Part shown: positions 53,532 to 64,000 of the stretch, in pieces | How positions within the stretch are numbered: position 1 is the first letter of the stretch | Layout: the number at the start of each line of letters is the position of its first letter | Source of the DNA: Podarcis muralis | Taxonomy: Eukaryota | Direction of reading: 5' to 3' | DNA length: 64,000 bases | Assembly: GCF_964188315.1 (NCBI RefSeq) | Contig: NC_135662.1 | Location: 51,460,001 to 51,524,000 of the forward strand | Notes under the pieces: generated by a model | Database searches by the model: none | What the model was told of the DNA's origin: nothing | The model's input: the letters and a program-made list of their open reading frames with translations, nothing else | Program-made: the position numbers and the translations under genes

Positions 53532-53895
53532 AAAAGGTAAAGGTAAAGGTACCCCTGCCCGTACGGGCCAGTCTTGACAGACTCTGGGGTTGTGCGCCCA
53601 TCTCACTTAAGAGGCCGGGGGCCAGCGCTGTCCGGAGACACTTCCGGGTCACGTGGCCAGCGTGACATCGCTGCTCTGGCAAGCCAGAGCGGCACACGGA
53701 AACGCCATTTACCTTCCCACTAGTAAGCGGTCCCTATTTATCTACTTTCACCCGAAGGTGCTTTCGAACTGCTAGGTTAGCAGGTGCTGGGACCAAACGA
53801 CGGGAGCGCACCCCGCCGCGGGGATTCGAACCGCCGACCTTTCGATCAGCAAGTCCTAGGCGCTGAGGCTTTAACCCACAGCGCCACCCGCGTCC
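53532..53895 (-). mobile_element. Sauria SINE (second subtype), full length, with extra templated DNA at its 5' junction
   Basis: TSD TCATTTTCACAT at 53520-53531 and 53989-54000. Confidence 0.92.
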
Positions 53896-55369
53896 TCATT
53901 TATGGACAATTATGTAGGGGTCACCAACTTCAGACCTCATTTATGGACAATTATGTAGGGGTCACCAACTTCAGACTTGAGAAAAACATCATTTTCACAT
54001 GTCTTCCCTCAAAAAATCATGGGAACTATAGCTTACCTCTCAGTGCTACAATTGCATCCTTAACAAATAATAATTCCTGGGATTCTTTGGGGAAAGTCAT
54101 GTGCTTTATATGTGTGTATATGCATCCCGAGTTTCAGGAACATGATAGAATCTCAGCAAGTCTTTTTTCTGAAAACATAACAGCATCTCGTGTGATTTTA
54201 GAGGAAGAAACTAGCATGTGGAAGAGACTAGCTCCCTAACAAATGATACAGTACTTCTCTCTCTGTTTTTCTTTTTAACCTTTTTATGTCCTTTCATGCT
54301 ATCAGTTCGTCTGACAAAAGGAAAATGTGACCCGCAAGTTCCTGGTTTAAAATGCATGAATGATAAATTGATGATGCAAACGATGCACTTGGTGAGCCAA
54401 GCATTTTTGGAAGATGTACACAATCAGCATTTGTTCTGAGTGGTTTCTTTATAGACAAGGTTAATAAACCTGAGTATCAGAGGCAAAGCTTCAAATGACT
54501 GAGCACGGCTTCCCACCTTCCATGATGTAAATAAAATATTTCATAATACCCAGCCATTCACACATTTTTATTGTATTACATGGAACAGCTAAATCTAATA
54601 GTGGTAGGCATTTAGAGTTTTACAGTTCTTAGAAGGAAAGATCTGTCTTGTATACATGTAGCAAACCTGTCTGCTCCCCATTTACAAAGTGTGTTTGTGG
54701 GCTGCATGCGTGTTTGTTCCAGGAGCTACAAGCTTTCATGAATACAGGCCTCCCTAGGCTAGACCTGACAGAGCCCTTTTAAAGGCACCCTCTGAAATCC
54801 TCAGAGCTTGAAATCCCAGGGCCTAGAAAAGGCTGGTAGATACAGCATTCATGGTTTGAGGTCTTTAGTCAATGGAAAACTAGTCTATGCTATAAAGCTC
54901 AGTTGCTTCAGGACACCATTGAAGCAACTTGTATGTTTTGCTGTCAGTGATAGTATAATCAGCTGTGGTCCTAAAGTCCACACCACTTTCCAAGGTGTTG
55001 ATCTTCCTTCTACAATGGAACCCCACCAGGATCGTGCTGCCGGGGGCGGTGCGCTCCCCCGCCCCCCTCTTCCTCCTCCAGTGGGTCCCTAGGTTCAATT
55101 CCTAGAATCTCCAGGTAGGATAAGGGATTTCCTTGCCTGAAATTGTAGCCAGTACTGATGACATGGTCTGACTCAATACAAGACAGCTTTTTGTGTTTCT
55201 ACATACATGTCTTGCCATGGACAATTATGTAGGGGTCACCAACTTCAGACTTGAGAAAAACATCATCAATGAACTGGGGAGGGGGAGGATTTCTCATCCA
55301 TAAATACAGAGCTCCCCCATCACAAAACACCACTCCATCAACAATAAATCCAATGTATCAACTAAAATA

Positions 55370-55721
55370 GGGATGTGGGTGGCGCTGTGGGTTAAACCAC
55401 AGAGCCTAGGACTTGCCAATCAGAAGGTCAGTGGTTTGAATCCCCACGACGGGGTGAGCTCCCATTGCTCGGTCCCTGTTCCTGCCAACCTAGCAGTTTG
55501 AAAGCACGTCAAAGTGCAAGTAGATAAATAGGTACCGCTCCGACGGGAAGGTAAATGGCGTTTCCGTGCGCTGCTCTGGTTCACCAGAAGCGGCTTAGTC
55601 ATGCTGGCCACATGACCCGGAAGCTGTACGCTGGCTCCCTCGGCCAATAAAGCGGGATGAATGCTGAAACCCCAGAGTCGGCCACGACTGGACCTAACGG
55701 TCAGGGGTCCCTTTACCTTTT
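55370..55721 (+). mobile_element. Sauria SINE, full length, with 15-bp TSD
   Basis: TSD TATCAACTAAAATAG at 55356-55370 and 55722-55736. Confidence 0.93.
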
Positions 55722-56879
55722 TATCAACTAAAATAGCACAGACATTTTGGATCACACTTCGTACATTTTCTAGCAATTTTTTTAAAACTTAATGGAACAG
55801 CATTAAGTCTCATTTTTTAAAAAAGCTTTCACACTGCAGGAGGGGAACTCACCTATTATCTAGCAACACCTGCAGATGATTTAAGATGCTTATATTTATG
55901 CTTTAAATGTCATATTCATTATCTCAATAATACCCAAGGGGAGACACCAGCATAAATCAAAGCATGTCATTAATGCATTTGTTAAGCAGGTTTTCTTTGC
56001 AACATACTTAGGAGAAGCTACAGATCAATGAGGAAATCTGGAACTGCATGCCAGGCAGTGACTATAACATTATTCTTACTAAAATTGTATGGTGAATTCC
56101 ACAAGGATAGTACACACCAATTACTGAATTTGTGGTGCTGATTAATTATCCATCTGATACACACTGTTTGTTTTTTGCAGTCACTGTGAAGGAAAGACTG
56201 ATGTACCATTGTCTTCTCAGTTTAGATTAAGAATATTCTGCACAGTGAGCTGGATAAATGCATATTAGAAAGTAGTGTCATTTTGAATGAGTTTCTTTAT
56301 TCATGTCATGCTGGTAAGTCACTCTGCTGTTGTTGTTTGTTAGGGAAGCAAATTTAGGGCAAAGCTATCAGTATGAGCCCTAGAAATAGTTTTCTTTTAC
56401 ATGATATTACTTGTACTTTTTCCTAGGCTATGGGGCTTATACTTAAAAATGGTTCAACACATTGATTTGAAACATCATGAGAAGAAAGCTTGTACATGGA
56501 GCATGCTGCATTTGAGGTATAAAGGATAAGAAACAGCTTACTTTGAATGAGTTAACTTGTTTGACAAGACACTCTGGCACTAAACAGTTTGAGAAAAAAT
56601 GGGGAATATAAAATACTCAGGCACAAATTCTACACGTGCCGCTTTTCCAAATACTTGCTGTCTAAGTAAACTAAGAATTTCTGCCTGATAATCTATAAAA
56701 TGCAACGTTCTCTCCCCACAGCAATGTGTACTGGATATCCAGTAACTAATCCTACAGGTTCAGCCTCCTCAAACACTTGCTGTATATGCATCTGATGGTC
56801 ACATTTCTCACTCTCACACATGTATACCAACACCCACCCACCCATTTTGAGTGGAAAATCAGCATGAATGACATTTGGC

Positions 56880-57008
56880 TGGATCATAGAATCACAGAGT
56901 TGGAAGGAACCCCCATAGTAATCTAGTCCAACTGCCTGCAATGCAGGAAGTCTCAACACATGGTCCCCCATCCAATTTGAAACCATACCAGACCCTGCTT
57001 AGCTTTGA
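56880..57008 (-). mobile_element. 5S rRNA-like head joined to a CR1-like tail (SINE3-like fragment)
   Basis: Minus strand AAGCTAAGCAGGGTCTGGTATGGTTTCAAATTGGATGGGGGACC resembles the 5S internal promoter. It is followed by TTCCTGCATTGCAGGCAGTTGGACTAGAT...TTCCAACTCTGTGATTCTATGAT. Confidence 0.55.
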
Positions 57009-57088
57009 AAATGTGCTAGCCGTTTTATTGCCAATTTCATACCGACACAAAACATGGTTTCAATTTTATTGAAAATACAATTTATAAA

Positions 57089-57280
57089 GAGGGCCGATAT
57101 GGTATAGTGGTTAAGAGTGTTGGAGTAGGACCTGAGATAACAGGGTTCAAATCCTCATTCAGCCACATATGTCACTGCGTGATCGTGGACCAGTCACCAT
57201 CTCTCAGCCTAACCTACCTCACAGGGCTGTTGAAAAGATAAAATGGGAAGGAGGAGACCCATGTATGTCACCTGGAGCAT
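57089..57280 (+). mobile_element. Old tRNA/CORE (MIR-like) SINE
   Basis: TGGTATAGTGGTTAAGAG A box, GGTTCAAATCC B box, and CORE-like TCTCTCAGCCTAACCTACCTCACAGGG. Confidence 0.65.
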
Positions 57281-57304
57281 CAATCAATCAAGAAAGTATT
57301 TTTT

Positions 57305-57318
57305 AATAAATAAATACA

Positions 57319-57353
<35 letters not shown>

Positions 57354-57355
57354 AT
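57305..57355. repeat. (TAAA)n repeat
   Basis: Read directly. Confidence 0.93.
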
Positions 57356-57611
57356 TACTTTTAGCTTGCATTTAGATGCATGGTGGATCTATTCCACTGA
57401 GCAGATAAATCTGGTCCACCTCTCTGTAACTGACAGCCATCCACCCCCCAGTAGTCCTGAAACATGAACCAACCACAATATAGGATACCATACTATATTT
57501 ATATTTTCTAAATAACCATCTATTAAGTGCATAACCCTGCTGCTATTTGCCAGCATTTTAGAGCCTCCGTGAACAGAGAAAGCCTTTAACACAACTTGGC
57601 AGACTAAAAGC

Positions 57612-57616
57612 ATTGT

Positions 57617-57681
<65 letters not shown>

Positions 57682-57690
57682 CTGCTGCTG
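57612..57690. repeat. (GTTGCT)9(GCT)6 compound repeat
   Basis: Read directly. Confidence 0.95.
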
Positions 57691-59156
57691 TTTATTAAAT
57701 TACAGAAGATGGTTGTACAAATCATTAATATCATCAGAAGAAAGTAGTTTTTAAGACTACTGGTTTTGTGACCAAGCTCTATTTTTTAAAATCCTCTTTT
57801 TTTAAGAGAAGGAAGATGCTTCATCACAGCAGGGGGAAATATATTTATTTCATAAAATTTATATGCCACTTAATCATAAAACACAAAAACAAAACTCAAA
57901 GTAGTTTACAAAAGAAGTAAGGTATTTTTATGTTGTTGTGATTCTTTTGCTTTGCTCTGTAACCACAAGACCCTACAGCTAGTTCCAAGAGAGATGAGAG
58001 ACATCACACTACAAAGTGCTTCAATTCAGCTGGAGATTTCACAAGACTATTGAGCAATTTAGTATTAAAATGGGGGTTGGCAGCAGAAAACCTGCTGACT
58101 GCAATTCTGTAAGGGTTTATCTGCCATATTGCACTACACCAGGAGTGGGAAATCTTGGGCCTTCCATATATTGGTGAACTCCCATCAGCTTTAACAAACC
58201 TGGTCAATGGCCAGAGATGATGGGTGTTGTGTAGGTTCCCCACATTGAATTACCTGGTTCCTTTACGCTCACTCTCGTGTCATTCTGGGTAATCTCTAGT
58301 GCTTATGCTCATTTGATTGAGGCACATTGCATGACTGTGCAACACACGGTTGACACTTGCCTGGAATACATAACCCTGTACCTCAGTAATCTCAGCTCCA
58401 GAGATGTGCTGATCAGAAAGAAAGGCCTTTCAGTGGTGGTACTTCAGTTCTGGAATGAGGAAGATGCAGCATTCATTCACGCTTTGCACCTTTTCGCTCT
58501 AAGGCTACAAACTACACATCTGAAGCACATTCTTTCTCTCACAGAATTCTGGGCACTCTCATTTGTTAAGATTTGCTGAGAATTGTAACTTTGTGAATGG
58601 TGAACTACAGTGTCCAGAATTCTTTGAGGGAAAGAATAATGTGTTTTGAATGTGCTTTAATGTTGTAGTGTGTGCACAGCCTAGCTTCCAACAGGGATGG
58701 GCAGCCTATGGCCTTCTATTAACCCTGACCATTGGCCATGTGGGCTTGGGCTGCTGGAGTCTAACAACTCTGCACCATGATCTTGGCTGAACGAACTTCA
58801 ACCTGGGAACCAGGTGAGGTGGGTAAGATCTCAGAGACGTCCTTCTTTGCTGTGGCACCTGTTCTGTCTCTGCACCGCCTCGCCCCCTTTCAACACAAAA
58901 AATGGCACACTTGTCAGTGGTCACACGTGTGCTGATTGCATACAAGTGGGGCGGTATTAAGTTCAGTGAAAACAAATCAGAAACAAGAGAGTAAGGACAA
59001 ATCCATACCATACATCCGCAGTGCATTCAATACACATGTAAAGCACTTGCCTTCTTCTAAAGAATCTTGAGAACTGTGGCTATAGCTACTATTACCAGCA
59101 TCAGTATGGAACTACAGTTCCTATGATTTGGGGAGGGGAAGTCACGTGTTATAAAG

Positions 59157-59963
59157 CGTGTTCTCACTAAAAGAGAGCACGTGTTGCGGATGGGGCCGGA
59201 CAAAACCCCATCTAGTGGCCAGTCCTTAGATGGTAAGGGGCCTGGAGCAGATTGGAGGTTGTTGTTACTGGGGTAAATTTGATGTTGCCAATTTAGGGGT
59301 GGGATTAATGGTTATATATAAGCATGGTCCACAGCTTTCTCTTTCTCTTTCGCTGTGGACACCGGATCTCCCGCCCGCCCTCCCTTGATTGGGCTTTCGC
59401 TTTGACCTTGCTCTGCCTGTCATGGGGTCGTCCGCATTGGTGCGGGGGCCCAGTAGGAATTTTTCCAATTGGCTGATTAGTGCGTGCCTTTTGGGTTTTG
59501 CCTACTGCTTAGCAAATCGTCACAACTTGTAAGGTTGGCGGTTAGGCATTGGTTAAAATTGGTTGGTGGAGGGGTATGGATTGGCTGTGCCTGCCCCTCC
59601 AATGCTGCTGCTGACGGGTATTCCGTTAAAGGAATTCTGAAGCTTACCATCCCCTTCGTCCAATCCCTGACGGCAGGGTGCGGGCCGCGTAAGCTTCAAG
59701 GAGCATGCGGGGGTAGCTGAGGGTCTGTGACGCAGCTCCAGCTGACCCTGATCTTGTTCCTCCGGGGCTGACTAAGGAGTCAGCGCTGTCCCCCAAGGCG
59801 GGGGGGGGGGGGGACAGCTAGTCATAACCAATGCCTAAGCAACCACTCGCAATTTGTATGATAATAAAGTTGTGGCCAAAAAATTATGCCAAAAACCTTA
59901 AACAAAAATTATGTGTGAAGTGTGAGTTATTGGGTAGGGGTTTTGTGGGACCTCAGCACGCAA
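59157..59963. mobile_element. Unclassified ATIR-plus-hairpin element, copy E
   Basis: Hairpin CGTGTTCTC-actaaaa-GAGAGCACG at 59157-59181. Imperfect TTGCG...CGCAA ends. AATAAAGTTGTGGCC at 59863-59877. The element interrupts an older short repeat. Confidence 0.68.
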
Positions 59964-60026
59964 AAGTGTGTTGGATACACTTTACTTGTATAATGTGCAT
60001 CTGTCCCAGGAATAAAAATGGGAGTA

Positions 60027-60621
60027 CAGTGGTACCTCGGATAAGAACTTAATTCGTTCTGGAGATCCGTTCTTAACCTGAAACTGTTCTTAACCTGAAG
60101 CACCACTTTAGCTAATGGGGCCTCCCGCTGCACTGCTGCGTGATTTCTGTTCTCATCCTGAAGCAAAGTTCTTAACAAGAGGTACTATTTCTGGGTTAGC
60201 GGAGTCTGTAACCTGAAGTGTCTGTAACCTGAAGCATCTGTAACATGAGGTAAAGGTAAAGGAACCCCTGATCATTAGGTCCAGTCGTGGCCGACTCAGG
60301 GGTTGCGGCACTCATCTCGCTTTATTGGCCAAGGGAGCCGGTGTACAGCTTCCGGGTCATGTGGCCAGCATGACTAAGCCGCTTCTGGCGAACCAGAGCA
60401 GTGCACGTAAACACCGTTTACCTTCCCGCCGGAGCGGTACCTATTTATCTACTTGCACTTTGACGTGCTTTCGAACTGCTAGGTTGGCAGGAGCAGCGAC
60501 CGAGCAACGGGAGCGTACCCCGTAGCGGGGATTTGAACCACTGACCTTCTGATCGGCAAGTCCTAGGCTCTGTGGTTTAACACACAGCTCCACCCACGTT
60601 CCGTAACCTGAGGTACCACTG
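60027..60621. mobile_element. Tc1/mariner-type MITE interrupted by a Sauria SINE
   Basis: TA|CAGTGGTACCTCGG...GAGGTACCACTG|TA. Confidence 0.82.
60253..60602 (-). mobile_element. Sauria SINE nested in a mariner-type MITE
   Basis: TSD GTAAC(A/C)TGAGGTA at 60240-60252 and 60603-60615. Confidence 0.92.
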
Positions 60622-61318
60622 TACTAATGCTGCTGTTGGGGGACTGGCACTCAGCTTAGTCATAATCATTATTTTCAACAGAACTGCTATGAGTTGAATG
60701 CCATCCCTAATGTTTAAACACCAGTTTTGAAGAAATGGGATGCTTACAACATTTGCTTGCCAAGTCAGCACTGTGACTGATGCAGTGCCTCACAAAAGCT
60801 GCACAAAGGAGCTTATGCACAGACCTTATAACTGCAGCTTTATACCTAGGAAAGTGCTCAGGGCCAAACCCCTCCTGGTTTACACTGCTCTTGTCAGCAG
60901 CCATTCAAATCTGGGGGAAAAAGAAGCAGCTTAATGTATTTGATTATGCTTCTGATTTAGAAGTGTGCTTGTTTGATTCATGAATAATTATCATTTTCTC
61001 TTCCATGCAGATTATGCTTGAACACAGCAAAATTCTTTTCCAGTCAAATTGCATCTGAATGCAACCACTAAGCTAAGCAGGGAAAGGGTGTAGGGGTGGA
61101 ATATTTATCTGAAAATTGGATATTATGCCAAATTGCATTCATTTTGTAGGTATTTAATAACTGTGGCAAATGTGTTTTATTTATGTGTCTCAGTCCTTGT
61201 ACTCAATTGAACAAATATATCTACAGAGTCATTGTGCTGGGACTTATAAAATGGGAGTGCATGCCAATCTTTGCTTCTGTTGTCCTGACTATTTTTTGAT
61301 ATTGAGTTAATATTGAGA

Positions 61319-61554
61319 AGCAGTTCGAAAGCACCCCTGGGTGCAAGTAGATAAATAGGGACCGCTCTGGCGGGAAGGTAAACGGCGTTCCGTGTGCTGC
61401 GCTGGCTCGCCAGATGCAGCTTGTCACGCTGGCCACGTGACCCGGAAGTGTCTGCGGACAGCGCTGGCTCCCGGCCTATAGAGTGAGATGAGCGCACAAC
61501 CCTAGAGTCTGGCAAGACTGGCCCATACGGGCAGGGGTACCTTTACCTTTACCT
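61319..61554 (+). mobile_element. 5'-truncated Sauria SINE (second subtype)
   Basis: TSD TTAAT(A/G)TTGAGA at 61307-61318 and 61555-61566; (ACCTTT)n tail. Confidence 0.88.
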
Positions 61555-62226
61555 TTAATGTTGAGAGTCAGGTGTTCCTACCATGGGAATTTGCTCTTCC
61601 TAAGCATATTTGTCTCAATAATATGATATGAAAAGAACTCTGGCAGACTTAGTTGTTCCAAGTAACTAGAATGTGAGTCACACCCATATTTATGCAAGGC
61701 GTAACAGAGTAAGGACTCCATCCAAGACCTGTTCACACAGCATTCATGCTGATTTGCTTGCAAAAAGCTGATGCAGTGCTTAGACTATGTCCTGTCTTTA
61801 CTGAGCATTCATACTTATTTGTTGATGGGGTGGTTATATGGCAATAATCATTCATCCTAATTTGCTTGCAAGGTCTTGACCTGACTTCCAGCTAATCATT
61901 TGTCCATCCCACATTTTTCAAAACATTTCCCTGTCATTTTTCAAACTGCAAACAAATAAAAATCCTGAATTTGTTGCATGAGTGCAAGAGGAAGTGTTGG
62001 GTGTGCTACACGGCCTGTTTTGCAATCAGCAGGCTTTCCTCAGCTGCAGCAGAGGACACTCTTTTTGCTAGTGCTGGAAAAATATTTAGTTGCTAGTCCA
62101 GTCAACTTCTGTGCTTGAGAATTAGGGGAGAGGGAGCTATCTTGTCCATTGCTTCCAGCAACCACATGGCTTAACCCAGCCCTAGCAGTCAGGTGGTTTC
62201 ATCATGACACTCCTTTTTGTCACAAC

Positions 62227-62617
62227 ATTCAAAGTGTTGGTGCTGACCTTTAAAGCCCTAAATGGCCTCAGCCCAGTATACCTGAAGGAGCGTCTCCACC
62301 CCCATCGTTCAGCCCAGACACTGAGGTCCATCACCGAGGGCCTTCTGGCGGTTCCCTCACTGTGAGAAGCCATGTTACAGGGAACCAGGCAGAGGGCCTT
62401 CTTGGTGGTGGCATGCACCCTGTGGAACACCCTCCCACCAGATGTCAAAGACAGCAACTACCAGACTTTTAGAAGACATCTGAAGGCAGCACTCTTTAGG
62501 GAAGCTTTTAACGTTTGATGGATTACTGTATTTTTAATATTTTGTTCGAAGCCACCCAAAGTGGCTGGGGAAACCCAGCCAGATGGGTGGGGTATAAATA
62601 ATGTTGTTGTTGTTGTT
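62227..62617 (+). mobile_element. L2-clade LINE 3' end
   Basis: TTCAAAGTGTTGGTGCTGACCTTTAAAGCCCTAAATGGCC...TGGAACACCCTCCC, ending in a (GTT)n tail. Confidence 0.8.
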
Positions 62618-62633
62618 ACTCACAGCCGTTAAC

Positions 62634-62951
62634 AAGGTAAAGGTAAAGGGACCCCTGACCGTTAGGGTCCAGTCATGACTGACTGGGGTTGCGGTGCTCA
62701 TCTCGCTTTATTGGCCGAGGGAGCCGGCGTACAGCTTCCAGGTCATGGAGCCAGCATGACTAAGCCACTTCTGGCAAACCAGAGCAGCGCACAGAAACAC
62801 CGTTTACCTTCCCGCTGGAGCGGTACCTATTTATCTACTTGCACTTTGACATGCTTTCGAACTGCTAGGTTGGCAGGAGCAGGAACCGAGCAACGGGAGC
62901 TCACCCCGTCATGGGGATTCGAACCGCCGTCCTTCCAATCAGCAATTCCTA
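62634..62951 (-). mobile_element. Slightly 5'-truncated Sauria SINE
   Basis: AAGGTAAAGGTAAAGGGACCCCTGACC tail; the body matches the other copies. Confidence 0.88.
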
Positions 62952-64000
62952 AGAGTAAGTTGTTAATAGGCAAACCCTGCTGAGCACCCACATGCAGAAC
63001 CTCATTTAACATACCAAGTCAGGAAACAACGTCCGGGGGGCGGGGGCGGGGGGAATAGAAAACTGCAATTCCTAATGCAGCTGAGCACTTTGAGCTGGAC
63101 AAATTTGTGCAGCAAACCAGGCAATTATGAATTTTGTCAACATCACTAATCATTTTCTTAGTTCCAAGTCAAGGCATTTGACTCTCGGAGACTAGAGCAA
63201 TACTATTTCTGACTGCTCCTGAATGGCAATGTGGTTATTAACTGCTGGAAGAATGCCAAGATTCCACTGTCCCTTGGTACTTCCTCATCACTATTCATGA
63301 TTTAATCAGGATGCTGAATATGGTTTGCATCCTTATGCAGATTTATTTACATGGGCATTATTTTCTTAGCTGTTTTGAATTGCTTCTTCCCTTTGAAAAG
63401 ATATTCAGCCACGGTTGTTCAGAAGTGCCAGAGCCATTTGGCTGTATTTGCTATCAGTTAGCATTGTCTATGTGTCAGTGATTATCAATCCATAGTCCAC
63501 ATAATTACAGCAAGAGGTGTGGAGTGGGCAGGATACAATTCTACCCTATATTGGGTTTAGGAAGGATTTATTCCTATGAATTCAGTTTATTGGCAAAAAT
63601 AAAAAAATAAAAAAATGGTAGGGATCAGATGGCAATAGAAGGGTAGTCATGGTTTTTGGGTCAGGTACCTTAAATTCCCTCAAACGTCAGCCTAGCCCCT
63701 TATCCCTGACACCCTGCTAGCACTCTTTCCAGTGGATAGTTCAACAAACCCCACAATGCATCACAAATGCCATTCCTCTCAAACATTGTATTGCTAGAAG
63801 TTCCTCAAGCTGGAAAACCCAAAATGGGCCTTCTAAGAGCGAGCAGTGTTGTTGAGTGTGGGACACAGCACTTTAAGAACACTTAAGCTGTCATCATAGA
63901 GTAAAGGGAATGGTAAAACATGAGAAGTTTGACAAAATTTGGTTTCCATTTATCAACTCTGTTTACATAATGTAAAAGCATCACCCTCCAGACACTTACA

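Noticed and set aside
57612-57690. Possible poly-glutamine exon (CAG/CAA on the minus strand)
   Set aside because: It is preceded directly by in-frame TAATAA, with no splice context or ORF; a simple microsatellite.
59177-59960. Solo LTR TG...CA with 5-bp TSD GCACG
   Set aside because: The left GCACG is the arm of a hairpin found in all five family members, and the split host repeat places the boundary near 59157. The apparent TSD is probably internal.
8442-62983. Recurrent 65-150 aa ORFs containing QLPGHVASMTKPLL or similar
   Set aside because: These are translations of Sauria SINE copies, not genes.
63034-63053. GC-box run as a CDH19 promoter
   Set aside because: There is no CpG island or identifiable first exon nearby; the non-coding exon 1 could not be located.

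Overview
Vertebrate genomic DNA, probably from a lacertid-type lizard given the Sauria SINE, BovB, CR1 and L2 repeats. The one protein-coding gene I can support is a type II classical cadherin on the minus strand, best matching CDH19. I assembled it by hand from 11 coding exons between 52238 and 12446. All have AG/GT boundaries and compatible phases, giving 2124 nt and 707 aa with no internal stop. The gene is intact as an ORF but appears to have lost its adhesive module. Both strand-swap tryptophans and the RxKR furin site are mutated. A 192-nt in-frame deletion removes most of EC1. Two further in-frame deletions (18 nt and 6 nt, in separate exons) remove the EC2 residues that complete the EC1-EC2 calcium site. 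The downstream calcium motifs, transmembrane helix and p120-binding core are retained. The rest of the window is intronic or intergenic and repeat-rich. It holds eight Sauria SINEs, five mariner-type MITEs, LINE fragments, microsatellites and a 137-N gap. It also holds five diverged copies of an unclassified element with asymmetric terminal inverted repeats, a terminal hairpin and covarying internal stems, and one SINE insertion carrying a templated copy of DNA from 1.3 kb away. Reference lengths and motifs are recalled from human CDH19 and cadherin structural literature, not from a database search.
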